A stretch of 46,268 bases of DNA from Ministeria vibrans ATCC 50519. Lineage: Eukaryota > Protista > Filasterea. A program made the position numbers and the translations under genes. The stretch lies in the NCBI GenBank assembly GCA_943704425.1, contig CALSCP010001341.1:1-46268 (forward strand), given 5' to 3'. Under the pieces are notes generated by a model. That model was not told the DNA's origin and did no database searches. It saw only the letters and a list, made by a program, of their open reading frames with translations. Shown in pieces: positions 12,780 through 25,419 of the stretch (the stretch's first letter is position 1; the number at the start of each line of letters is the position of its first letter).

Positions 12780-13492
12780 ATGGGTGCGCGTGCATCAGTG
12801 CTGGCCGAGGAAGATCTCGACATCATCACGAACTCGACTGGCTGTACGTTGTGTTGTATTGTGTTGTGTTGTGTTGTGTTGTGTTGTGCTGTGTCGACAG
12901 TCCCCTTCAAAGTTCAAAGTGTCACGTCACGCCGTCCGTGTGACACCCAGCACGCGCTTCTGCCGCCACCCCGCCCCACCCCTCTGCACTCCACCTCCAG
13001 CGACTGCTTCGCTCCCAAAAGGCCCTGTGTCTTCTGCCCCTGTGTGTGTTTTGTGTGTCGACTCATTCCGCTTTTCCTTTCCTCAGTCACCCCTCACGAA
13101 ATTAAGCGCCTTTTCAAGCGATTCAAGCGCCTCGACAAAGACTCGACGGGTAGCATCACGACAGAGGAATTCCTGTCCATTCCAGAACTCTCCATGAACC
13201 CGTTGGTGTCAAGTAAGAAAACGACGAGAGAGAGAGAGAAAAAAAAAAGAAAAGGAAAGGAAAGTGTGTTGTCGACTAACAATCGAATGCACAGGAGTAC
13301 TGGCCATCTTCGACTCGGGGCATACAGACAATGTAAATTTCCAACGATTCGCGGAGGTTTTGTCTGTATTTAGGCCCATGTCGGGCAGTACGGAGACACG
13401 GGACGAGCAGTGTCGAAAGAAGATTGAATGTACGTCTTTGCTCTTTCCTCCCGCTTTTTCTCCTGTCACGCTGTTTCTTTCTCTCTCTTCTC

Positions 13493-13523
<31 letters not shown>

Positions 13524-13562
13524 TCTCTCTCTCTCTCTCTCTATCACTTTGTTTCTTTCTTC

Positions 13563-13650
<88 letters not shown>

Positions 13651-13986
13651 GTTGCTTTTCCAGTTCCTCTCGCTCATTCTCTTTCCCTGTAGATGCGTTT
13701 AAGATATACGATGTTGACGAGGACGGCTACATCTCGCAACAGGATCTCTTAACAGTGCTCCGTCTTATGGTCGGCACAAACATATCCGAAGAAAACCTTC
13801 TCAGCATTGCGGACAAGACCATTGCTGAGGCTGACACCGAAGACAACGACGGTCGCATCTCCTTTGCTGAGTTCCAATCCGTACGCGTCGAAAGGGAAGG
13901 GAAGCATGATAAATAATCGTTTATTTGAATAGGTTTTAATGCGAAACAACACTGACATGGACGCCAAGTTGAGTATTCGCTTCTAA
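12780..13986 (+). CDS. Calcineurin B / calcineurin B homologous protein (CHP)-like EF-hand protein, multi-exon
   Basis: MGARAS (N-myristoylation-type start), [102 protein letters not shown]; ends AKLSIRF*. Confidence 0.85.
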
Positions 13987-14135
13987 TGGCTGCTCTTTGA
14001 GCGGACCCGGCATGAAAGAAACAAAACAAAACAAGAATCGAGATGTACAAATAATATTATTATGAATACAAAATGAAAGAGTGGGCTTGTGTACAATCAA
14101 AATTCAAGAAGGAATGAGGAGAATGAAGTTTTTTG

Positions 14136-16776
14136 TCACAGTGTGGGACATGTCGAGAGCCTTCCGCCATGGGCCAACCAGAGATCGTGAGAGAGGGCGT
14201 CGTCGGGGGCGAGCCAGGGTTTGTGGCGGCCGCTCCAGTGGAGAAGACGAGCGTCGTGGGCCAGGGAGGGCGGCAGGGACGTGCGCCAGCCGAGCCCGTC
14301 GACGTTCCAGGCGGCCGGGAGCAGCTCCCATTTGCGGTAGACGGCAAGCAGAAGAGGCGGTTGCGTACCGTACGCGTACAGGTTGTTGCCTGTGTTGGTG
14401 CGCATCCAGAAGAGCAGCTCTGGCAGGAGGGCAGGCCACATGCGCAGGTTGAGCACCAAGACGCCCGCGTTAAATGTGGGCGCAGATGCACTCATCGCGT
14501 GTCCGTAGCGCTCCTCAAAGAATCGCGACACATGTGGCGACCCAAAGAAAGCTCCGTACGTGGGCTGTGCACGCGGCACGGCTGCAAGCGGGCTCCCATT
14601 GGCAACGAGGCGCGCACCAATGACAGCAAGCTCACCCACGTCCCCGAGCACAATGGTGTCGCAGTCGATGTAGACGGCGTGCGCCACGTCGGGAAAGAGC
14701 GAGTGGAAGAAGAAGCGGGCAAAGTTGGCGTGACTTGCCAGGTTGCCGACGACATGCCGGTCGCCACGTACCAGACGAATGCCGTCAAGGGCTCGGCTCC
14801 CATTGAACACGCGCACCTCAACGCGACCCACCGCTTGTTGCAGTCTGTCCAAATCAAGGTCAAGACACTCACGCAAGTGCCGACGCATCCATTCTTCGCT
14901 CATGTCTGATATACTCAAATGCAATTGTATCAGTGCGGGATCGGCAGCAGCGGCAATCATTGAGCGAATGGCCGCCGCCAGTCCCACAAGATGCTCTGCA
15001 TCCGAGCTCAATATTACGTCGTACGGCTCGAATGCCGTCTCGTCCGACTGCGCCGTACACGTAAAACTGCCGGGCCCTGTCTTTTTGCATCTCTCCAGCG
15101 TCTCGTCACAAGTATGCTGTTGTGTGACACATGGGTCCACATCTATAAAAAAATTAATGTAAGTAATCGTCTTTTTAAGCTTTGATGACAATACCAATAA
15201 TAATTTTTATTATTATTATTTTTTACCGAGCACGTAAAGACCCCGATTTTTTCGATCAGTCCATTTTTTCCAGCTTAGTGACGAGGTAATTTCAGATTTG
15301 AGCACTCCATTGGTGTTAAAGCCCACGCATCCTCGGGTGATGTCGCATAACGTCTAACAGTGGAGGGGGGACGTAATAAAACTTAATAATATTATTGTAT
15401 AATGATGGTGATTTTCACACCTTGAGGGCTGTGGTGTTGTCTTTGAAGAGAGTAGCTGAAAACAAATCGCTTCCCTCGGTGTCAAGGCCCGGAAAGAAGA
15501 CGTAGGCTCGCTTGCCAAGGCGGAGTACGGGATCCCAGGGAGTCGTGAGGTTCTGGTCAGCGGAGGTCGACAACACGCTCATGTTGGCGCACCAGGTGTG
15601 ACCGTCGCCGACAAGACCCTCACGGCATTGGCATGAGTACCAGGTGGGCCCGGTGCTTGTGCACACTGCGTCACGGTGACACTGATCCATGTCTTCGGCA
15701 CAAACATCCATGTCGTTGATGTAGAGGCCGCGCGTTGGATCGCTGGTCCACTTGGTCCACTTGTCGCGCGGTGCAATGTGCAGCTTGAGAATACCGTTGG
15801 TGTTGAAACCGGCGCAAATGCGCGCTTCGGCACACAGCTGCTGCAGCTCCTCGACGTTATCCTTTAGCTCCTTGCGCACAATCACATCGGACTTGGGCGA
15901 GTCAACTCCCGGGTAGAACACAAAGGAGCGCCGGGTGGGCTGCTGCGGCAAGGGGATGCCGTGGGCGCGTGCGTATTTGCGCCATCGCTCACGGTCCCTC
16001 TCCTGCCGTGCCAGTGTCAAGCGTCTGTGGCGTCGCAAGGCGGTGGTGTGCTCTTGATCACGCAAACGAGTCGTTTCACGAGCACTTTGAAGTTTTTCAT
16101 AGACAGTGGCAAAGACACGTTTGCTCGCCGAGTTCATGCAGTCACCCATGCTCGCGTCGCCAGTGCCCGACCTCAGTACAGTCGCCTGCAAGTGCCAGTC
16201 CAGAATGGTCGAGACAAAGGAGCAGCGTGCGGGTTGGCGTCGACGGTTGGTCAGTCCCAGCGTGAAAATGCGAACCCTCTCCGAGCTGTGTTGCGTCGCG
16301 AGCGACTCGAGCGCTCGTTGCCACACATGCGCCACTTGACTTCGAATGTACACGGCCACCAAGGTTGTTGCTGGCGAGAGCAACGCTGTCCGGCTGGCGA
16401 GCACGCGCACGAGATTGCGCAAGTAGACCACGCAGGATGCGGCGCACGGCTGCTCCAGTGCAACAATGCAGAGCGAACGCTCTGTCGCACCCGTCAGCGC
16501 GCTTCTTGAACACGCCAAGGACGCAGCGAGAAATGTTTCGGCATCCTGCGTCTCGTCAATGTGTACTTGAAAGGCGGTGGTGCGCATGAGCGAGCCGACG
16601 ACGAACTGACCGAGAGCGCGATTGGCACCTACGACGACACTCGCGACAATCCGTGTGGGCGGAGCGAGCGCAGCCGATGAGTCGCCCACGTATCGCAGTA
16701 CAGACAAGTACACAGCTATGCCCAGGAGTGCACAAACGCAGACAAAGGCTGCTCTGCCTCGTATCCGAATAATCAT
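14136..16776 (-). CDS. Type II membrane glycosyltransferase family 8 (GLT8D/GATL-like) with two PAN/apple-like repeats and EGF-like modules, 3 exons
   Basis: N-terminal TM (AAFVCVCALLGIAVYLSVL); GT8 motifs NFARFFFHSLFP, YIDCDTIVLGDV (DxD), FNAGVLVLNL, TQPPLLL, WNVDGLG, LLHWSGRHKPW; repeats FYPGVDS...CAGFNTNGILK and FFPGLDT...CVGFNTNGVLK; EGF-like CAEDMDQCHRDAVCTSTGPTWYSCQCREGLVGDGHTWC. Confidence 0.82.
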
Positions 16777-16913
16777 TCAAAAGACTGAATTGAGTGAATT
16801 CTGCAAAAATGTTATTAGTTTTGATCAGTACGCTTCCAACTTTTTTTTCGAGTCTTCGACGCGTTTTTTTAATTTATTTATTTATTGCCTCATCTCTCCG
16901 TGCTACGTGACCT

Positions 16914-18064
16914 ATGCCTACAAGGAATATGCGGGCTTTCTTTCGCATTCCCGAGCGCTATAAGTTTGTTGCGCTGGCCGCCACTGGTTTCATGAATGTT
17001 TACGGTCTTCGCGTCAACCTCTCTGCGGCCGTTCCTGCCATGGCGTACGATTCCGAGACCAAGCCCACGCTCTCTCTATACTCATACGCATGCACGCATG
17101 CCAACGCGCCCGCGTGCGCATTGTATAGATCGCTCTAATCGACGGAATAACAATATTAATTTTAGGGAAGAATTTGACTGGACGCCGCAGGAGCGGGGGC
17201 ACATTCTTGGGGCATTCTTCATCGGCTATATTGTGACACAACTTCCTGGTGGAATGTTGGCCACCCGGTTTGGTGGGAAGTGGGTCTTTTGCGTTGGGAT
17301 TCTGCTCACAAGTTTGTTGACACTTCTGACTCCGATTGTGGCGCGCACTCTTGGCGTCAATGGCGTGATAGCCTTGCGGGTAGGAGAAGGGATTGGCGAA
17401 GGGGGTTCGTTTCCAGCGATGCATTCAATGCTGGCAAGATGGACTCCGCCGGCAGAGAGGTCGCGCATGTCTCTGATGGTGTACTCGGGCGCGTACGCGG
17501 GTACCGTGGTGTACTCCCTTGCGTCCGGTGCTCTTCTCACGACTGCTACTGGCTGGCCTTTGATTTTCTACGTGTTTGGTGCGATTGGAGTGGTGTGGAG
17601 CGCTGCATGGGCCTACCTCGCGTACGACTCGCCAGCAAAGCATCCAGCGCTGCGGCACGACGAGCGTGTCTTGCTCAACAAAAACAGTGCGTCTATGCTA
17701 GGATCGACGCAATCGAAGCCTCGCGTGCCATGGCGCGGCATTCTTTCGTCAACAGCGGTGTGGGCCATTGTAGTGGCCCACACCGCAATGAACTTTGGAT
17801 TCTATCTGCTTCTGACCGAGACACCGACCTACCTGCGTGACGTGCTCAACTTTGATCTGGCGGCGGCTGGTGCTCTCTCGTCCATTCCCTACGTGTGCAT
17901 GTTTGTGTCAACGGTGGTTGCCGGCCGCCTTGCCGACCTGTGCATCAACCGACGTCTGATGAGTGTGCGGGTGACGCGTGCTGTCTTCAATGGCGTCTCG
18001 CAAGTCGCCCAGGGTGCCTGTCTTGTTGCCTGCGGTTATGTTGCGTAAGTTATACTACCCGGAA

Positions 18065-18098
<34 letters not shown>

Positions 18099-18137
18099 AT
18101 ATTATAATAATTATTATTATTATATAATATTATATTA

Positions 18138-18185
<48 letters not shown>

Positions 18186-18889
18186 TTATTAATATTGTTG
18201 TTGTTGTTGTTGCGTGTGTGTGTTGACATTGGACTGGATATTTGGGACATTTTTTAGGTCGCGCTCTTTGGCACTGGGGTTTTTGTCGCTTGCGTTGTGG
18301 TGTGCCGGATTCGCACTGTCCGGCTACGAGATCAACCATCTCGACATTGCGCCGCACTTTTCGGGCATTCTCATGGGTATTTCTAACACGGCAGCAACAG
18401 TGCCCGGGTACCGATCGCCTTTGGTCGACAGTGTGATGATATAGACAACTCTGACACGAGTGTGTGTGTTGTTTGTTTGTTTGTTTTTTTTTTTTTCTGC
18501 CCAGTTTTGTTGCACCTTTGCTAGTTGGAGCACTGACGGGCGCGGCAGAGGACGAAGCGGAATTGCGGCGGCAATGGCACGCCGTGTTCTTCATTGCGTT
18601 TGGTGTGTACTGTGTTGGCGCACTGTTCTTTGCTGTGTTTGCGCGTGGTACAGAGCAGCCGTGGGCTGTGGTGGCTGTGGTGGGGGGAGGCGGGTCGCAG
18701 AGTGGACAGCCGCTGGAGAGTGAGTCGAGCGAGCCGGAGCAGAGTGGCCGACAGGCTCGAGTGGTTGATGAGATGGACCAAGGCGAGCAGTTCGAAATGG
18801 ACCGGCTGCGTCTGCTCGAAAGCGAAGAGGACGAGAGCGACGACGCAACGCTCGTCTCTGTGCTCTCCAGGAGACCACCCGACTACTGA
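16914..18889 (+). CDS. MFS anion:cation symporter, SLC17 (sialin/VGLUT-like)
   Basis: YGLRVNLSAA, FDWTPQERGHILGAFFIGYIVTQLPGG, GIGEGGSFPAMHSMLARWTPPAERSR, YLLLTETPTYLRDVLNF, INHLDIAPHFSGILMGISNT. Confidence 0.9.
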
Positions 18890-19004
18890 CCTGACACCTC
18901 TCGTGCTCGTTGTTTCTTCACTCACTGTACACTTTTAAATTCAACAGAAATAATAAATTTGATTATTATTATTTTACTATGCTATTTCCCGCTTCTGTAA
19001 TCTT

Positions 19005-20202
19005 TTATGTGTTCTGTCCTTGCTGGACATAGCACACAATGTGGTCGTAAACGCGCTCCTGGCACATACCGCAGTGGGTGTATAGGTGGTCGCTGTCGTC
19101 ATGCTCCTGCTGTCGGTCAAAACAGGCCTTGCAGACGGCGAGATGGCGACATGGCAGGAACAGTACGTTGGGCGGCTCCGTCCGACACGTAGTGCAGTGC
19201 GAGGCGTTGCACGCGCGCGTCAGACTCGCCACGTCCTCCTCACGTAGCTCCAGTTTCCGACGTTCCTCGGCAGTCGCCTGTGCAACCTCAGCCTTCACTC
19301 GTTTCTGACATTCCTCTTCAAACTTTTGTTCCATTTCACGACCTTCCTGGGCCAGTTTGGCGCGATCACAAGCAATCTGCTCTTGAGCCACACGCAACTC
19401 TTCGCGACACAGCGCCGCTTCGACAACGGCCGCCTTGGCAAGGCTCTTCTGTCGTTCAGCAGTCGCCACAAGCATGGTGCATTGGTTCGACTGGCGCAAA
19501 ACAACCGCCTCGTAGCGGCACACTGCTGCGCGCAGATCAGCAATCTTCCGCTGCTGCTGCTCATTCTCGATCACAGTGCGGTTGCTGTTGTTGTTGTTGT
19601 TGTTCTCGATGGCAGGCACATCGGGCAAAATAACACAGTTGTCGACAATAGCGGCGACATTCTTTCGACACTGCTCACCACAAAAACAAAAAAAATTATT
19701 ATTAGTGTTAGTGAAATTTAGGAGTTCAGTGGTTTAAAAGAAAAAAAAGGGGGAGAAGATGTGTGGGTGCTATTTACCTCGACAACGTGTGCGGTGGCAG
19801 AGTCGTCGACGTCGGAGGAGGAGGAGGAGGAGGAGGAGGGTTCGTGTTCGTGTGCGGAGACGGAGACGACAGCAAAGTAGTAGGCGAGGCCAAGCAAGGA
19901 AGTCGAGCCAAACGCACGGCGGAGGGTGCGCGTCACGGTCGCTTCAATGGGGGCGGCAATGGTAGACAGGGATGCATTGGGGAGGCCGTTTCGGAGAGAG
20001 TGAAAGGCCGAATTTCGGCCGGACGAAGCAAAAAGAGACGAGTGGGCGATGACAGAATCGCCAGGTAATGTTGCGCGGTTTAAATTCAGAGAAGGAGGAG
20101 CTCGCGCACGGCCCCTAGAGTTTCCCGTCGCATTTGAAACAACTTGATGGTCTGTACGGAAGAAATAAACATGGTTTAGGGTGAATTTGATATCGGTCGA
20201 GC

Positions 20203-20241
<39 letters not shown>

Positions 20242-20343
20242 AGCGTTGTTGATGAAACGCCGAGCTATACGGAAGGTTTCACCGGCCTCCTTTGCTCCGT
20301 AGCTACGGATTGAAGGGAGGACCTTCCGGAATAGGTTCAGCAT
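19005..20343 (-). CDS. Coiled-coil + C-terminal C3HC4 RING (IAP/MUL1/BOI-type) protein with a putative mitochondrial leader; 3 exons, 380 aa
   Basis: Exons 20343-20241, 20151-19778 and 19670-19005 join in frame through GT-AG introns (1143 nt); RING CTTCRTEPPNVLFLPCRHLAVCKAC...CGMCQERV. Exon 1 is absent from the ORF track. Confidence 0.72.
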
Positions 20344-20549
20344 TGGAAAAAAGAATGATTCGGAATTCGGATAATTATTCCTTCATTGTTGTTTGTGGTT
20401 TCGACTCTCTTTTGTCGATCAAAAACTGGTAGATGCTTATTTTATAAAGTAAGTGAATGGGTGACGAGGAAAAGCTCAAGGGAGAAGAGAGGGAGAGAAA
20501 GATGGTTTCTTTTTGTTTTTTTTTTTTAATTTTGGAACGTATGATCATT

Positions 20550-22323
20550 TTAGTCGTCGGCCGCTTGATCGTTGTCGCCGTCGTTGTTGTCGTCCTCGTG
20601 CGTTTCTTTATCGCCTGTCGCCGCTTCCGCTGTCTCTTCTTCTGCCACCACGGCATCCGTTTGTTCTTCTTGCGCCTCCTCTTCCTTCTGATTCTCTTTT
20701 TTGTCGCCGTCGTCCTCTTCCTCTTCCTCGTCGTCGTCGTCGTCGTCGTCGAGTCGACGGCGTCGTCGACGATGGCCCTCTTCGCTTCCTTCGCCTTCTG
20801 CGTCGTTGGTTTCACCGCCCTCGCCCTTGGCGGACGAGTCGTCTTCGCGCTCGCGCTTGCCCTGTCTCGTGGACGACGCCTCAGCATCGGCCACCTTGGT
20901 TTCAGCCGGTCCCGACGCATCGTCTGCGCTCCACACACTCGCCGCCGGCTGTGACCTGTCACGGCGCCCACCGCTGCTAGCACCGCCACCACCACCACTG
21001 CCCACACTGCCTCCGCTACGACTCCCGGGATTGTTTTGGCGGTATTGCGCCGTCTCGGGATGGTCCTTGGCCAAGTGACGGTAGCGGCATGTCTGGCCTG
21101 ACACCTGCCGTGCACACTCGCCCTTGTTCATAAAGTCAAAACACACCTGCATCAATGATGCCTGCGGGTTCAGCTGCAACGGATCAGGCGGCAACAGCTC
21201 CCCACGAGGCCTTGGGGGACCCCCACGTCTGTCATCGCGGTGGTCATAGCCGCCGCCTCCTCCGCGAAAGTCGTCGCGGCGTTCGTAACCGCGTCTGTCA
21301 CTGTAACCACCTCCACCGGCGCCATAGTCGCGTGCCCCGTAATCATACCGGCCGTAGTCACGACCACCACCAGTGCCACCGCCACGGCCACCGTACGGTG
21401 CGCCCATAGGACCGCCACGAGCGCCGTAGCCACCGCCCATTGGAGGGCGTCCATAGTACGCATCGTCGTCGTAGTATCCGCCGCCGCCGGCGGCGGCGCC
21501 GCGGGGAGGTGGTGGCGGGCCTCGGTATCGCTCGTCCTCATAGCCTCCACCACCATAGCCTCCGTGCATGGGTGGCGGCGGTGCTCCACCGCCGCGCATA
21601 CCGCCGTCATAGTCTCCGTAGCCGCGCGGCGCAGGAGCACGCATGTTGTATGCCGCTGGGATGGGCGCCGGTGCAAATCCCGCGTCCATGTGCGGCGGAG
21701 GCGCTGCACCACCACCGCCACCTGAATACACAGGGGGGATGGGAGCAGCCCCGCCGGCACCACTCAAATCATGCGAAAATCGACACGTCTGCCGTTGACA
21801 ACGTCCCGCCTGAAAATCGCGACAGATAATCTGCAAAATGAAACACACAATGCGTCAAAGAAAGAACACAGACGCGCCAAAATCAGCGCAACGAACGCCA
21901 CGGGGTGTTGGTTGCGATTGGAATGGGTTCGGCTGGCCAAGAGAGTCCGCCAAGTGCACAAGAGGCACAGGAGAAACGAGAAAGGAGAACAAGAAGAGAA
22001 AGAAAAAAAAAAAGAAGAGGAAAAAGCAAATCATTCTGGTACATGCTGAGTGCCGCCAGCGGGGCCTGCACCGCCGCCCATGGGAGCACTGTGCGCCCCG
22101 GGCCCGCCTCCACCGGCGTACGGGGGGTTGGATGCCGGAATGGGGCCTTGGCCGTCAGATTGATGTGCAAACCTTTCAAAAAAAAAAAAAAAAAAAAAAA
22201 AAACGTCGTTTTGTGTGAGCAAAAGACACAGTCACAAACAGAGGGAGTCTTATTGCGTGAGCCATACTTGCACACGGTCCTTCGACATTGACCCAGGAGG
22301 TAGTCTCTGCACACTCCCGACAT
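20550..22323 (-). CDS. CCCH zinc-finger RNA-binding protein with RGG/YGG low-complexity region and acidic tail
   Basis: Three CCCH fingers (VCRDYLLGQCRRTVCKY.., ICRDFQAGRCQRQTCRFSH, VCFDFMNKGECARQVSGQTCRYRH); two introns near the 5' end. Confidence 0.75.
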
Positions 22324-22578
22324 CTTGAAACAAAAAAATAATAATAATAATATTATGATGATCGTTTATTCGAGTATGATCATCTGTGTTCTGCTGCTAA
22401 TCTATCATAAGTAACCAGTAACGGGTAACCACCAAATCCGTAAGCAATGACTAAGCATTGTCTGCATTGACATGGACACAACATTGATAAAGATAAAACG
22501 AAAATTTGGAGATAAATTTTCCAATCACATACTTTATTATTACATTCCTTTCACTACTCATAATTTGCATCTCTTTGC

Positions 22579-23735
22579 TCATTTCTACAAGAAACACACA
22601 AAGCACAACCAGAAAAAAAAAAGAAAAAAAAAAACAGAATGATGAGTTACAACAGATGGCATCAAACGTCGTACGTCCTTTGAGTATTCGTCCGTGTCGA
22701 AGGCCTTGCGCGCGCGCTGGATCTCATCGCTCATCACAAGCAGTTCCTTGGCACGCGCAAACTTCTTTCGGTCGTTCCGCAGTATAAACAAGAGGTCCTC
22801 AACGCGCATCTTTGGTCTGATCAACAAAAAAAAAGCAAACCAAAAAAAGGTCATTGGTGACGCGACGAGCCACAAAAGTGTATGTATGCTGTTGTACCTT
22901 CCTTCACCAATTTCAACTGCTTTCGTCGTCACTTCCGTCACAAAATCAACCAGCGCCTCCTCAATCAGCTCCATCGATTCCTTGTAGGGCGTCACCGAGT
23001 CTCCAAATCCGTACATGAGCGCCGGCACTGCAATTGCAGTACACCAATAAAAAAACAAGAATAAAAAAACGAAACTATGAGTGCTTGCTGTCCACTTACG
23101 CTCGCGCGCAAACACATTCTTTGGACGCGCCACACGAGCAATGCCGTTGTGTTCGCCACCACGTGAGAGGAGCATTGATTTCCGTGCAGCGGCCAAGTCG
23201 TACTCGGCGTCCTCGCCATCGTGTCGACGAGTGCCCGCGTCACTGTCGCGTCGCGACTTGACTTCGCTTTCGCGTCGTCGCTTCACCCCACTAGTCGCTG
23301 CTGCTGTCGCCGCCGACGGCCCTGCGTCAGTAGAATGCGATGCTGCTTTGGGAGGGGCCGCCGGTGGCGGTGGAAGCCCCAGGGCGGCGGCACGCTCGGC
23401 TGCCTTCTGCCGCCGCTTCGTCATGTCGTACGGTCGCCTCTTTTTCACCGGTGCCGGCGTCACTGGCACAGTCGGCGTGTCAGCCGTCCCCTCTGCCACA
23501 CACTCCTCTTCTTCTCCTTCTTCCCCTCCACCCCCTTCTTCTTCTTCTTCCATCTCGTCATCTGACTCCTGTTTTTTGCAACGTTTTATGAGTGCTCGTT
23601 GGGCTTTGCGTTTTGTCCTGTTCTTACCGATCCTTCGTCACTCGACGACGATTCTTCTTCAGAATCCACCTCAAACTCTTCGTCGTCCACCCCCTCGTCA
23701 TCGCCACTTCCCTTTCTCTTCTTTCTCAGCGGCAT
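22579..23735 (-). CDS. TAF13: Transcription initiation factor TFIID subunit 13 with long acidic/basic N-terminal extension
   Basis: LMYGFGDSVTPYKESMELIEEALVDFVTE, MRVEDLLFILRNDRKKFARAKELLVMSDEIQRARKAFD; ATG 23735; final micro-exon AAA TGA at 22584-22579. Confidence 0.88.
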
Positions 23736-23815
23736 GGTGAACGACGTGAAAGTTGTGACTTGTGACTTGATGGTTTTGCTTTCCGATCAAATAACATCTG
23801 ACAATCTCCTCAAAA

Positions 23816-23840
23816 CTCCTCTTTTTTTCGTGTTACTTAG
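23816..23840 (+). promoter_or_regulatory. Putative 5'TOP transcription start and non-coding first exon of RPS17
   Basis: Pyrimidine tract CTCCTCTTTTTTTC followed by a strong donor AG|GTAAG at 23841; matching acceptor at 24462, 12 nt before the RPS17 ATG. Confidence 0.55.
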
Positions 23841-24474
23841 GTAAGATATGCTTACTCTTCAGTTTGCGCGAGGCTAGTGTTCCAGTGGAAGCTTGATCGC
23901 TATGGACTGTCGACTTTTTTTTTTGTGTCGACAATTGTGTGTTCCTTCCTCTCTCGCTCCCCTCTGCGCCTCCTGGGCCCCGCTCTGTCGCATCATATGC
24001 CATATCTCTCCCTACACCTCGCCCCCGCACCGCCACAAGCCCCTCGACACGCTCTCTTGTTCTCTCAAGCATCCTTCGTTTCTCTCTCTCTCTTTCGCTC
24101 TCTCTCTCCTCTCTCTCTCTCCCGTTTGACGCCACCTCTCGAATTCCCCATGCCCGTCGTCCTCGCGTTCCCCCCCACGTGCCATGCTCACCGCAACCAG
24201 CGCTCTTCGCACAGCTCTTTTTTTTTTTTTTTTTTTTTTTTTTCGTTTTTATGGTCAAAGACCCTTCTCCCACGTTGTTGGATTTCAGGGGCTATTTTAG
24301 CCGCTCTGAATAGGTGTACTTTGGACTGCGTCTCCACTGGGGTGTGCCTAGAGACTCGACTGTCACCTTACTCATTCACTTTTCGTTTTTTTTCTTTTTT
24401 TTTTTTTTCTCTGTCCCTCACTCGTCGCCAAACTCTCCCCATGTGCTGCTTCACCTCCACAGTCTTAGTCCAGA

Positions 24475-25252
<778 letters not shown>

Positions 25253-25419
25253 TGAGTCATTCGGGTTCTTCATGAGCTACTTTGGTGATCGATCACAATT
25301 AGAGTATATGATGCTGTCGTCTGCCTGATCGGAGAGTGATCCGACTATCGCAGTGAAGTGTGAGAACTCAAAAAAATGACTTGATCACAATAAATTTCTA
25401 TCTTTTTCGCTTCTTTGTC

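Noticed and set aside
15588-15705. GT8 EGF domain as the substrate of the nearby EOGT (a glycosylation gene cluster)
   Set aside because: The C5-C6 loop reads CREGLVG, with Val at the Ser/Thr acceptor position, and unrelated genes lie between the two loci.
20204-20345. Hairpin plus 35-nt poly(A/T) as a hammerhead ribozyme, SRP RNA or SINE
   Set aside because: GUC and GAAA flank the stem but the CUGANGA core is missing; the SRP helix-8 context does not match; the region reads as coding exon 1 of the RING gene with the A-run inside the following intron.
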